Positions 38,048-50,807 of a stretch of 64,000 nucleotides of DNA are shown here, one piece after another. The stretch comes from Eledone cirrhosa. Its lineage: Eukaryota. The DNA lies in NCBI GenBank assembly GCA_964016885.1, contig OZ024743.1, positions 20,088,001 through 20,152,000 of the forward strand, in the 5' to 3' direction. The notes beneath the pieces were generated by a model that was not told where the DNA came from, searched no databases, and worked only from the letters and a program-made list of their open reading frames with translations. The first letter of the stretch is position 1. The number at the start of each line of letters is the position of its first letter. A program made the position numbers and the translations under genes.

Positions 38048-38425
38048 ATATCACAGAAAAAAAGAGAATCAGTGTTGTGACGAATGGAATTTATTGGACA
38101 TATTACAGTCGTTTCTCTGGCGACCAGCTCAAGGCACGATCGATGTGATGATCGAACCTGACTCTGAAAATCACAAGGTCCTCAGATACGTTCTTGATTC
38201 TACGAGGCAGATTATGAAAATCTGCCTCGTAGAAACAAGAACGTATCTGAGGACCTTGTGATTTTCAGAGTCAGGTTCGATCATCACATTGATCGTGCCT
38301 TGAGCTGGTCGCCAGAGAAACGACTGTAATATGTCCAATAAATTCCATTCGTCGCAACACTGATTCTCTTTTTTTCTGTGATATCATACTCAGCTCTATG
38401 AGAGGATCGAGTGCTCGAACAGTAT
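38048..38425. mobile_element. Penelope/retrozyme-like element: 337-bp palindrome with an HHR on each strand
   Basis: Arms 38048-38213 and 38219-38384, 5-nt loop, about 3 mismatches; flanked by (TA)n and (TATG)n. Confidence 0.8.
38241..38342 (+). ncRNA. Type I hammerhead motif with long stem II, followed by AATAAA
   Basis: acgtat-CTGAGGA(38247-38253)-63 nt including a cgatca/tgatcg hairpin-GAAA(38317-38320)-c-gact-gTA-atatgt-cc-AATAAA; mirror copy at 38090-38191 (-). Confidence 0.65.
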
Positions 38426-38920
38426 GTATGTATATATGTATGTATATATATATGAATGTATGTATGTATATATATATATGAAATAATTTTAAATGATATA
38501 TTGAGAAACTAAACAGGCTTCAGTACATAATATATACATATATAAACAAATACCATCATCATCATTTTTATGCCCACTTTACCATGCTATATTTTAAATA
38601 CTTTAGCATTTAAAACATTAATACATTGTCTAAATGAACTCTGGTGAGTAGAGTGTAGAAACTTATTTCCTTTTATCTAAGTAGCAAAATAGCTATAATG
38701 TTTATATTGGTAAGTAGCTCCCAGGAGAGCTAGTCAGTAAAAGGTCTTCAGAGAAGAAACCCTTCTGAAACAAATGTTTCAGACTTTAATTTCTTTATGT
38801 AGAAATACATATAAAGTATGTGTCTTTAGAAAATGTTTAGTGAAATTTGAAAATCAAATTAGATTTTGCTGTAATTTTGACTAAATAAAATATTTTGATA
38901 TGCCAATCTTTTTCCTTTCA

Positions 38921-40215
38921 GTGACAGAGGAGTTCAAGACAGGCTGCCCATGGGAACTCCTATACGCAGACGACCTGACACTCATAGCGGAATCAATGGC
39001 CGAGCTAGAGAAGAAATTCCAAACATGGAAGCACGGCCTAGAATCAAAAGGACTTAAAATTAACCTGGCTAAGACCAAAGTACTAGTTTGTAGGAAAGAA
39101 AACAAGGCGGCGGTCCCTTCTGGGAAATGGTCGTGCTCGGTGTGTAGGAAAGGCGTAGGTAGAAACTCCATTTTATGTCCTAAATGCAAAGTATAGGTGC
39201 ATAAAAGATGTAGTGGGATCACAGGTAAGCTAACTAAGAACATAGATTTTACATGTGGCCGGTGTTCTGGTGCAATAAGTAGCAGCAAGTGCCCACAAAA
39301 TACTAGCTCTTTCAATTGCGCAGAGGGTTCTATAGAAATAGTGGACAGCTTCCGTTACCTGGGCGATAAAATCAGCAGTGGGGGAGGGTGCTCTGAAAGT
39401 ACTGTAGCTAGAGTCAGAACTGGTTGGAAAAAGTTCAGAGAGCTTATACCACTATTAGCTGCTAAAGGGTTCTCCCTAAAAATGAAAGGCAGGTTGTACG
39501 ATGCCTGCATACGAACAGCAATGCTGCATGGCAGTGAGACCTGGGCATTGTGTGCAGAGGATATACGCAGACTAGAGAGGAACGAAGCTTGCATGCTCCG
39601 CTGGATGTGTAACAGTAATATACGTGAACGGCAAAGCATAAACGAACTAAGGAAAAAATTAGAGATAAGAGGGATCAGATGTTGTTTACTTGAGAGAAGG
39701 CTACGTTGGTATGGACACGTGATGCGCATGAAAGTCGATAGCTGTATAACAAAGTGCAGGGCAATAAAGATAGACGGTAGTCACGGAATAGGCAGACCTA
39801 GAAAAACCTGGGACGAGCTGATAAACTCCGACATCACATACTTACACCTCTCCAAGACAATGTCACTGGACCCACCACCACCCCCACCCCATCCACACCA
39901 CCCCGTTCTATGTAAAGTTATGTTGGTGCCGCGCCATCCAGGCCGAAACAAATGAGATCGTGTAGGTGTCACGACAAAAAAACACACAGTCCACGCTGTA
40001 ATGTGGCCGTGTAGGCAACACGGTAAAAACCTCCCAGACCCACACTGTAAATGTGGTTGGTGTTAGGAAGGGCATCCAACTGTAGAAAACCTGCCAGACA
40101 GTCCTATGCGAGCAAGACAATCACTCTTGCCTCAAGTGGGACTACCCCCGTCCAAACCCATGCAAGCGTGGAACACGGACGTTAAACGTTGATGATGATG
40201 ATGATGATGATGATG
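38921..40215 (+). mobile_element. 5'-truncated RTE LINE (RT with PHD-like insert, 3' UTR, (GAT)n)
   Basis: PWELLYADDL; CSVC...CPKC..H.RC...CGRC; FRYLG; RRLRWYGHVMRM; one in-frame stop at 39194-39196. Confidence 0.92.
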
Positions 40216-40292
40216 AGCTCATATACCCCATTATCAAACTATTTTATTTAGTCAAATATTTTATTTAGTTATATATATATATCTATCTCTAT

Positions 40293-40370
<78 letters not shown>

Positions 40371-40374
<4 letters not shown>

Positions 40375-41868
40375 GTTAAAATACTGGAGTGTGTTAGAGT
40401 TAAACACCCTCTTCGTATTATAGAAATGACAGTAAAAGGTATAGCTCAATGTAGTTAAACAGAGCCGAAAAATTAAGAGAGTAAAACAAAGAAGCCTTCA
40501 ATACATCAAAAGTCTTTATTAGCCGACAATGTTTCGTCCTATTAAGGACTCATCAGGGCAATTAAAACAACAAGAAGTAATATCGGCAGATACAAGCCGG
40601 AAGCTCCGAAGAATATGGAGTGTACATACACTGAAGTATTACAAAAAATATATGATAAAAATTACTAAGGATGTATATGACACTAAGAACCATATTACAA
40701 ATATAGTCCAAAGCAAAAACTAGAGCTAAACAAAGGTGGTTATATAGAGCAGGAATTATATATAATACAATATAATATACTATAATATACCTTTACCAAC
40801 ATTAAAATTACAATAAAAATCAAAAGATACAATATGCATATGTATATATGTGCGCACACGTACACACACACATACACATACAACAATACACACATCCATC
40901 CTCAACTGCACAAATTAAACCTTATTAAGAATTTGAATATAAAAATAAGCATGATAGGAATGAAAATAATAATAATAATAATAATACTAATACATCTACC
41001 CAATATACATGAGGTAATAATATGATATAATTATAGGTAGTACATAGGTAATAATATGATATAGTTATAAGTAGCACATATAATAATGAATAATACAATT
41101 ATATACTATATAATACAATATAATAGAATAGATAATCTCCGGTTAATTTACACAAACAATATAGATGTCACAATAATAATATAATAATAATATTTACAAT
41201 ATACAATATACTAACATTCTAAATGTACTCAAGTTAACAAGTCAATTCATACTGGGTTACAGAGTAGGTGAGGAAAAATAAAATGTACAATACCTCAAAA
41301 AAATTTTGATGATACAGAAGTACAAACATCTTACAAGATATATAAGGTTTAACATATCATAATGTTACATATAATTAACGGTAAATAATAAGGATCAATA
41401 TTACAATAAAAAATAAAAAATACAATATAATATAATATATTATATAAAATAAAATTAATACAATATAATATATAATTACTTATAATTACAAGGTTGGTAG
41501 ACAGACATGTACATGGATGAGTGAGTGAGTGCCAGACAGTAAATAGTAAATATAATGCACAGTAGTATTACAAAGTATAGAATAATATAAATAAATAGAA
41601 TAATATAAATAAATAGAATCAACCGGAAATTAAAAAATTAAAAAACAAAAACAAACGTATACATTTAGGTCTCACATGCAGTTAAGTAGTTAAGTAAAAG
41701 CTAAGGAAACAACCCCTGTAAATGACTCGAAAACCCTATTTGATAAATTAATATTAAAAATATTTAAACTATCCTATTGGATAGTATAATATTGGCTATA
41801 GTTTAAGTCATTAAAGTTTATAAACTTAATATTTTGTTCCAAATGTTTACAAAAAGGAATGAAAATTT
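40371..41868 (-). mobile_element. 3' fragment of a Penelope-like element (ORF end, long AT-rich UTR, HHR)
   Basis: ORF end ...IPFCKHLEQ...* (stop at 41774) resembles the C(K/R)H C-terminus of some PLEs; HHR plus AATAAA at 40515-40563; (TA)n on both sides. Confidence 0.6.
40515..40563 (-). ncRNA. Canonical minimal type I hammerhead ribozyme
   Basis: tgcc-CTGATGA-gtcct-taat-aggac-GAAA-c-att-gTC-ggct-AATAAA; C17 at 40525. Confidence 0.85.
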
Positions 41869-41899
41869 TATATATATATATATATATATAAAGAGAGAG

Positions 41900-42095
<196 letters not shown>

Positions 42096-42142
42096 TAAGG
42101 AAAAAGAACAAAGGAACTTTTATGACATTATACCAAGTTTAT

Positions 42143-42189
42143 TGCTGACAGCCGTTTCGTCCGACCATATGGTGGGACTTTTCAAGGCA
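42143..42189 (-). ncRNA. Hammerhead motif, U3-A8 core variant (copy 1)
   Basis: tgcc-TTGAAAA-gtcc-caccatatggtc-ggac-GAAA-c-ggct-gTC-agca; C17 at 42147. Confidence 0.75.
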
Positions 42190-42634
42190 TATAACAGGTG
42201 ATTGTAAGTTCATTATTTTCATCAATGTTTCACTCAAGATTAGCAGTTTGAAATCATGGTATACATCAGCAGCTCAGCTAGTTTATCTGGGGTCTATATT
42301 CTAAGGGGGCTCTTTTATATTAGTTGTCGGAGTTGTAAAAGGGATGGGTTAGAGGGAATTAAGAGAATTTGAAAAGGGCCTAAAAGTTAGGGATTGAAGG
42401 TTAAAAATTAAAGAATTTATAAGTTACGCATTAAAAGTAAAAGACTTGGGATCTCTTAAAAGCACCTTAAAAAACACCTCAGTAAGCGCATAAAGCTTAT
42501 AAGCCCCAATAATCGTAAATCGCGATGATCACGCCTGACCTACCAAATATGCGACGGTAGCTAGTTAAGCTCTATGCGTATAAGCAGAGCAGAAATATTA
42601 AGGAAAAAGAACAAAGGAAAAAGAACAAGTTTAT

Positions 42635-42681
42635 TGCCGACAGCCGTGTCATCCGACCATATGGTGGGACTTTTCAAGGCA
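42635..42681 (-). ncRNA. Hammerhead motif, U3-A8 core variant (copy 2, GAAA changed to GACA)
   Basis: tgcc-TTGAAAA-gtcc...ggat-GACA-cggctgTC-ggca; C17 at 42639. Confidence 0.65.
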
Positions 42682-43931
42682 TATAACAGGTAATTGTAAA
42701 TTCATTATTTTCATCAACGTTTCACTCAAGATTAGCGATTTACGTACAACCTACCATACATCTTGCTTATATATATATATGTGCATGTGTGTGTATGTAT
42801 GTGTGTGTATGTGTGTGTGTGTGTGTGTACACACACATATATGATTGCTTTAAAATTGCTATTCTAACATCTTAGTATATACATTTTGTTTAAGTAAAGT
42901 CTACATAGAATTCAGTCTGTGTTTATAGTTCAAAGCAGACACACTTCACAATATATAACATTAATTGAATGATGTAAAAAAATGTTGATAAGATAAGTCT
43001 ACATTTAACAGAATGCGAAAAGTAAATATGAAAATATTGATATTATATATAGACTTTTCTAACAGCATGAACAGAGAACAAATATTGAAAAGACTGTTAT
43101 TTTAATTAAAGATTAATCACTGAAATATGCTATTTAAATGTGTGAGATACCTTTTGGTAGAGCATTTTTTAAAGTTGTAGTTTGTTGACTTTTTTAAAAC
43201 ATATATGATGATGAGGAATGTTACTGCTTTTGATTGTTGCAAGTAATTTTCTACTTAAAAATCAGTTGTCAAATCAATAAATATAGTTGTAAATAAGATG
43301 ATGAATAATTCTAAACCAATAGATCATTCAGTTGCATGATTATTGTCCTATGAGTTTAGCTCATTTAATTGCTGACGACATATATTCATAATTTGTGTGA
43401 AATCTCCCAAAAGTCAGACAAATTGTTGTCTCTTTCTCCAGCATAATATCCAAGAACTATTTTTTACCATTCTATGGACATTTTGAAAATAAATGATGAT
43501 GACAGATAAGTCAAAATAAATTAATAAATAAATGTATTTTGTAGTTGATCTATAAAATATATATATATAATTGCCCACTTTGTTGACATAACTTTAGATG
43601 TATCTTACTCTTCATATATTGTTTGAATTTTATTTTTCTTTGAGTCATGAATGAGAAAACTCATGATGTTCTGTTAAGGAACAAAAGGTACCACAATTAA
43701 CGTATAGGAATAGATATGCCGAATCCTTGCATGTCATAAGAAATGATTAAAATGCTGGTGTCAGGAGGGCATCTGGCTATAAAACATTGCCTCAAAAAGC
43801 TCTGTCCAACCCATATCAGCATGGAAAGTCATCATAAAAACGATAATAATTTTATTGCCGAATGAAACAGAATATATTCTGTAGAAGTTGTTCCTCAATG
43901 AAATAAAAATCCTGGGAGGAAACATAATAGT

Positions 43932-44168
43932 ACCACTGATGATGTCACAGGTGCGTAATGAAAGAACTTTGATAGACTATATATATGTATTTATATCTAT
44001 ATTTTTAACCATTGGTCAATCAATGATAAACATTGATTGTCAAATAAATGAACTATGGAGATATAAGATATACAGAAGTGAAAACCAATCCAAACCAAAC
44101 AGTGAGGATGTTTTATTATTATTTCTGGCAATATTATAATAATATGACCCTCCCCAAATATAACAATA
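43932..44168 (+). mobile_element. HHR-bearing element related to 44190-44915 (more diverged copy)
   Basis: acca-CTGATGA-tgtcac...GAAA-gaactt-tgat; same terminus atgaccctccccaaa..ataacaatat. Confidence 0.55.
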
Positions 44169-44189
44169 TATATATATATATATATTTAT

Positions 44190-44907
44190 ATTTCGTTTCT
44201 GAATTTGTTTAGCAAAATTCTTTATCTGAAAACGTGTGTTGAAACCGATATTGTTATGCTTTGGGAGGGTCATGTTGCCAATAAGAAACACATGCACCAG
44301 TTGCTTTCACTCCAATTTATTATAAATTAAATTTATAAATTTAAGAATTTATAAATTTAAGAATTTATAAATTTCCGGTTGGTTGGTTGGTTCCAATATC
44401 CGGTTGGTTGTGTGTTGTGTGCTTAGTTTGCGCATGTGTTACATCCGGGTGTCTGTGTTTGTTTATTTATTTGTTTATTTACATGTTACTGGTTGTTGTC
44501 TGTTCTATGTGTGTGTGTGTTTTCATTTTGTCCTTAATTGTAAGTTGTGATGTTGCTATTCCATTCATGTTTTCTATTTAATTTTGGTTGGAGTTCATTT
44601 ATGTTTATTGCCTCTGTGATTTGTCTAAACATTGCGCAAACTAAGCATACAACACACACAAAAACAAGATGGCGTAGAACAAAGGAGAGGCACAAAAACA
44701 AAGAAAAGAATCCCCAGTCACTGAAGAGGTCACAGAATGTGTGACGAAAGAACTTTGACAATATATGAACAACTGTCCGGCTGTGGAATCAACCAACCAA
44801 CCAGAAATTTATAAATTCTTAAATTTATAAATTTAATTTATAATAAATTGGAGTGAATGCAACTGGTGCATGTGTTTCTTATTGGCAACATGACCCTCCC
44901 AAAGCAT

Positions 44908-44915
<8 letters not shown>
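44190..44915 (+). mobile_element. Penelope/retrozyme-like element with an inverted 3'-end copy at its 5' side
   Basis: 44249-44394 is the reverse complement of 44785-44914; HHR motif at 44717-44759; internal inverted repeat 44411-44436 / 44630-44658; (TA)n flanks. Confidence 0.7.
44717..44759 (+). ncRNA. Hammerhead motif with an ultra-short stem III
   Basis: gtca-CTGAAGA-g-gtcaca-gaatg-tgtgac-GAAA-g-aa-cTT-tgac. Confidence 0.65.
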
Positions 44916-44939
<24 letters not shown>

Positions 44940-45194
44940 TAAGAAATTGATGGGACTAGCATAAGGTTTTCCTGCTAGTACTCAAAAGGTAAGGTTATGT
45001 AAAAATCCCAGAGTAGCCACAAAGTTATTTGCCTCAATACAACACAAGTAAATGGGTTCAATAAATTTATACCTGTACTCGAGTAAATATATGTTGTCAA
45101 CTACCCTTCCATCTAAATCCAGAGGCAAAATAAAATTGGACGCAAAGGATTTTAAAAAACCCGGCACTCCATTTTTTATGATGATTACAATTCC

Positions 45195-45470
45195 AGTTGA
45201 TATGATCAACAGAACAGCTTGCTCATGAAATTAACGTACAACTGTTTGATCATTGCACAGACACGCATACCCCTAAATTAGTTCTCAAGAATATTCAGAA
45301 TGGTAGAGAATGTGATTAGCCTAGCGCTTCAAATTACAAGTACAACTCATTTTTGCCAGGTGAGTGAACTGGAACTACTTGAAATAAAGTGTCTTGTTCC
45401 AGAACATAGCATGCCACTGGGAATTGAACACCCGTGAGTCAAATATCCTAACCATTAAGCCACACACCTT
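45195..45470 (-). mobile_element. tRNA-derived SINE
   Basis: Minus-strand head gtgtggcttaatggttagg...gttcaattcc; tail shared with 13290-13475. Confidence 0.65.
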
Positions 45471-45934
45471 CACACAAATGATATAACACACTACATATCA
45501 CACCATGCTTTTGGCATTCTCTTGTGATGTGCTGTAATTGCTCCTTCAGTCAACTGATGATTTCTTCCAGGTAGTCAACCAAGTACAATGGTCATGTCTG
45601 TGCCACTAAAAGTTTGATGCCCTACACTGCTCTTACTTCTGCTAAAACCAATGTGGGGCCACTTTCATGTGTAATCAGCTACTGGAAGCCCAGATGAGTA
45701 TGAAATAAGTCCTGAAAAGGCTATATATTCTAGCCAGAATTAGTGCCCCTCCCTGACAGCCTATATATTCCTATATTTATGATATTTATATAGGCATATT
45801 CAGTATATATATACATATATACACAAATATATATATATTTAATACATTAACAGAGAAAGTCTTAAGCGATACTCTGACCAACTCCATCTCACTCAACAAA
45901 CATTAGGATATACCTAATGGAGGCATATGGCTAT

Positions 45935-46258
45935 GGAGGCATATGGCTTAGTGGTTAAAACATTGGCCTTGCAATCGAAAGGTTGTGAGTTCAATTCTCT
46001 TGAGCAAGAGACTTTATTTCACATTGTTCTAGTTTACTCAGCTGTAGAAATGAGATGATAGGGACAGGGGTCCCTATCATTCCACTGCAAAGTGGTCATG
46101 GAGGTGTCACGGCAAAAAAGCACCCAGCACTCACTGTAAATGAGGTTTGTGTTAGGAAGGGCATCCAGCTGTAGAAATCAAGCCAGTATCAGTTCCCGTC
46201 CCACCCTTGCAAGCAGAGAAAAGTGGACGTAAAATGATGATGATGATGATGATGATGA
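45935..46258 (+). mobile_element. tRNA-derived SINE with an RTE-derived 3' tail
   Basis: TGGCTTAGTGG / GAGTTCAATTC head; 46082-46258 matches the RTE 3' UTR at 36072-36220 and its (GAT)n tail. Confidence 0.8.
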
Positions 46259-46421
46259 ACCCTCTTTGGATTTTAGTCTTCACATTTATTATTATTACTA
46301 TATATCATCATCATCATCATCATCATCTTCGTTTAATGTCCATTTATATATATATATACATATATCATCATGATATGTCCTCTTTTTGATTGTAACAGTA
46401 CCAATGTTATATATTTTCCCC

Positions 46422-47005
46422 AGGAAGGATCCATAGAAGTGGTTGATAGCTTCTGCTATTTAGGTTATTTAATTATCAGCAGAGGAGAGTGCTCAAAGAG
46501 TAAAGAGGCTAGAATAAAGATAGGATGGAAGAAGTTCGGGGAACTAATACCTCTGTTGACAACAAAAGATTTCTCCTTCCAAATGTGTATGCCTCCTGTT
46601 GAATGCCAACTATGCTGCATGGTTCTGAAACATGAGCAGTGATTGCAGAAGATATGCACAGGCTGGAGACAAATGAAGCAAGTATGTTTCAATGGATGGG
46701 TAATGTTCATGTAAGAGAATGACAAAGCTTGGATGAACTGAGTATAAAAGGAATCACAACTAGTGTGCAAGAGAAAAGATTGCATTGGTATGGACATGAC
46801 AAAGTGCCAAGAAATCCCAGTGGAAGTAAGTCACAGTAGAAGAAGGCTAAGGAAGTCCTGGGCAGAGTTGGTGTGAGCTAATCTGAAATGATTGAAGCTC
46901 ACAGTAGAGATGACAAAGGATCGTAATGAGTGGAGAGATGCTGTGCTGAAAAGGACCTGCCCAACCCATGCAAGTATGGAAAAGCAGATGTAAAAACCAT
47001 GATGA
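46422..47005 (+). mobile_element. Decayed RTE 3' fragment
   Basis: EGSIEVVDSFCYLG...IGWKKFGELIPLL; (GAT)n tail. Confidence 0.8.
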
Positions 47006-47849
47006 TGCATATATACATACCTATGTATATATGTATGCATATATGTATTTATGTGTGTGTGTGCGTGTATGTATGCATGCATGTATGTGTCTGTGTATGT
47101 ATGCATGCATGTGAAGTGTCTTTGAACTTAATTTGTTGGAGTGCTCACCATACATTTAAACCTTTCATAATGACCTGGGACTAAACAACCACCTTAATAC
47201 ATTCAATTTATTTTGACCATGGAAGTCAAAATTACTCTGCCTTCCTCTGTCTGTTTATCCTTTAAAGGATTCTAACCCTACAACTTAATTATTGTTTAGT
47301 TGCTATAAAACCAACTTCTACAATAAAAATATGATAGATGTGCCTCTGTGTGGTCACTTGGTATACCAGAAATAGCAGTCAATTTTTCTGCAAATCACTG
47401 TTTACTATCTTAAAGACAGGATAGTAGTAGCTGAAATGCTTTAATCATAGATTTGTACAATTATGGCTTCCCTGGGGTTAAATAAAAACAATGACAAGTG
47501 TTCCTCCAATTTTTTTATTCGCATGGGAAAAGGAAAATAAGTAGAAATAACTTTTTTTACATCATTTATGTATCTACTTTTTACATGAGTGATGTATTTT
47601 CTAAGTTTACATCTATATATTCAGTAAGCTGATAAAAAATAAAGATATTTCGCTAGAAGAAAGAAGAAACTCTAAAGGCAAAATAACAAATGGTTTTAAT
47701 AAACTGATATGTAGGTAGGGCTTACAAGAGAACTGATAATTGATTTGCTCAAAATTCAGTAGAACAAAAGTTAAAATGTTACTTGCAGAAATTCTTCAAC
47801 TGTTTTCTTTTTTCTTTTCTTTCTTTTAAATAAGACAAATGGCAACAGT

Positions 47850-48340
47850 AGTACTACAGTCTTTTTTCCCCCCTGCAACAAGTATGAAACCCTCGAAACT
47901 AAGAAAGAAAAAAGCCAACATTCAAAATAATCAATTTGTGCACATATTCAGTAGAGGTAATGAAAAAATTCCAATTTCAACACAGACATCAATGATAGAA
48001 GAATTAAAAGGATGCTTCGTAAAATTAATCTGAAAAATGCCAATAAACCTGACAATGAGCTGCTCAACTCCAGAAAGAATTGACTTCTGAACTGTCTACT
48101 GGCCTGAGAGTGATCTTTTAGATATTGCTATAGCATCGTTCTTTGAATAGTGACTTGAGACAAGCAACAATCTGTCTGAGATCTAAACATTATAAATAGG
48201 ACAACTACAAAGACAAAAACCTACAGGCCAATATTTGGGAACTGTATTATATAAAAATATGATTCATCTTGTTTTTGTTGTTTTCAGGTCATTGAAGTTC
48301 TCGTTAGAAAAATAAAATTAAGGTAATAATCTTTCAGAAT
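47850..48340 (+). pseudogene. Decayed CR1-like RT N-terminal fragment
   Basis: MLRKINLKNANKPDN, ELTSELS and DLRQATI remnants. Confidence 0.35.
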
Positions 48341-49019
48341 CTTTAAAGCAGCACCAAATGTATATTTGTCCATTACACATTCCAATATAAATGAAAACAA
48401 ACAATATTTGCTGGCAAATAAAACGTCTATTAATAATATGGTGTTCCCACTATTTACAATGAGTTGTACCTATTCATGCATTATTCCCCTTTTTTTTTCC
48501 TTTTTTTGATGGGTGGGTGGATGAAGCTAAACAAATATAAGTATCCTTATTATTGAAACCGTACTTTGCAAGTAATGAACGCAGTTGATTTTGCAGTCAT
48601 TACAGTGTTGAATACTTGTTCTGGGTCTCAGCATTTGGAGTTCAAATCATGCTGAAGTTCACTTTGCCTTTCATCCTTTCAGGGTCGATACTGAAAATAC
48701 CATCTTAGTGCTGGTGCAACCCTCTCTTCTGCCAGATGTCACATCTTGGATGCTCCTCTAAATTAGAGGGAGAGCCAGGAGGGTGTTTGTGTCTTCTCAT
48801 GACAGCAAGGGCAACTAAAACTTTAAGTGACACCAAGGTACATATTATCAAGTCATAACTGATTGCAAGTGACAGCTCTAATTATATATATTTTTCAATT
48901 TACTTTGCAAATTGTGGAACATAAATTATTGATCATTTGGCTAAGAATCTAATCCTTACATCTACTTAGCCATTTGTAAAATATTTGTGTAAATAATCTA
49001 AAACAACATCAAGAAATAT

Positions 49020-49655
49020 ACCACATCTCATGTTTTGCTAACAGTTAAACAACCTACCACATCCTGTCTTGTTAACAGTTAAACAACATACCACTATCAT
49101 GTCTTGTTAACAGTTAAACAACACACTATTCCCATGTCTTGTTAACAGACAACATACAGAAAATGTTCCACAGTCAATGTCTTGCTAATAGTTAGACAAC
49201 ATGTCACTTCCCATGTCTTGTTAACAGACAACATAATACATCCCATATTTCGCTAACAGTTAGACAATCCAGGTGGCAAATTGGCAGAGTCGTTAGAATG
49301 TTGGATAGAATGCTTTATGGTATTTGTTTCAGCTCTCTCGTTTCTGAGTTCAAATCCCACGCCAGATCAATTTTGCCTTTCATCCTTTCGAGGTCGATAA
49401 AAAAACTACCAGTCTGGTACTGGGGTCGATCCTTCCTTTCTCTCTGGAAGAAATCTGTTATGCTCAGACCTGGAGAACGATGGTCTCTGCCAGGCTTACA
49501 ATGCCCAAAAAACATTATATGTCAATACAGCACTCCTACAATACTATCAGGAGAATTGTGACCATGCCATATATACCATAGACAATCTACCACTTCCCAT
49601 ATTTTGCTAAAAATTAGACAACATGTTACTTCCCATGGTGTGCTAACAGATAACA
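49020..49655. repeat. ~30-36-bp minisatellite interrupted by a SINE
   Basis: Unit ~cccatgtcttgttaacagttagacaacat; about 7 copies in 49020-49268 and 2 more in 49585-49655. Confidence 0.8.
49271..49560 (+). mobile_element. SINE with extended 3' tail; sister copy at 50150-50440
   Basis: A/B boxes, core, and a shared tail ttcctttc..tctctggaagaaatc. Confidence 0.75.
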
Positions 49656-50149
49656 GGAGATTTGGTGTTCATTTGTGACACAGATTCATTACCTGCAACA
49701 TGATACTTGCTAAATCAATTTTTAAAAACAAAACAAACAAAAACAGGTGAATTATATTTTCTTGAAGTTTTTCAAAGAATTTCAAATATTTGGTTTGCTT
49801 TTTGCTGTTTTATACCCATTTTTCCATACTTTGATGTGTAGAATGATTTTTATTGAAGTGATTGTGTTTACATCTAGATGCACTTTCCGTGCCAATCCCC
49901 AGTACCATAAAATAATAATAGAACATAATTTTCACCTGTTGGGAAACTGGAAAAAGTAGAATTATGTGTTTTACTTAAAAGCACAAGACTATATGCTATA
50001 GTAAAATTTTAAATGACCATTTTCCTCTTTGTCAACCAACAAAAATACAGTTGAGGAATCCAAGAGGGAGATGAAACCTCTAGCAAATACAAATGATAAT
50101 TTGCTACCAGAGAAAGGTTATTGATTATATTTTCTCTTTAAATAGGTCC

Positions 50150-50440
50150 TTGTGGTGAATTGGCAGAGTTGTTAGAAAACTAATATTGAATGCTTTGCAG
50201 TGTTTGGTCTGACTTTCTGTGCTCTCATCTTGTCGAGATCAATGTTGCCTTTCATCCTTTCAAAGTAGATAAAAAAAAAGTACCAGTCTAATACTGGAGT
50301 TGATTCTTCCTTTCTATCTCTTTCTCACTCGCTCTCTTTCCTTCTCTGGAAGAAATCAGCTGTGTTCAAGCCTAAAGAGTGATGGTTAAAGTGTCACAAC
50401 AGTGACCCAATGATGCCCCTATGACACTATTAGAAGTTAT
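50150..50440 (+). mobile_element. SINE (sister of 49271)
   Basis: ttggcagagttgttagaa...ttgcctttcatcctttc...ctctggaagaaatc. Confidence 0.7.
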
Positions 50441-50765
50441 GGGTCGATACACACATTAAATACATCTAAATGTGTAACTTCCAAAATATTTGCTTACTGA
50501 TGCTTAACTTTTTCCAAATTCCATACTTACTAATATAATTAAATTTTATTTGCTGTAAAATAAGGTTTTGGTTCAATACATGGTTTATTTGTTATGGAAT
50601 TTAACATAATATTAGAGAAACATTATTTTCTTTATTTCAATCCAATATTAATGTTTTCCCGTATGTGGGTCGCTACCTATTTTGTTAACTGTGTTTGTTG
50701 CTACAAAGATTGTCAATTTCATTTTGTTTAGTTGTTTTTCTTTATCATATTCATACTAACAGCAA

Positions 50766-50807
<42 letters not shown>

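Noticed and set aside
49020-49655. CRISPR-like array
   Set aside because: Repeats are degenerate, linkers are short and mutually similar, there are no cas genes, and the context is eukaryotic.
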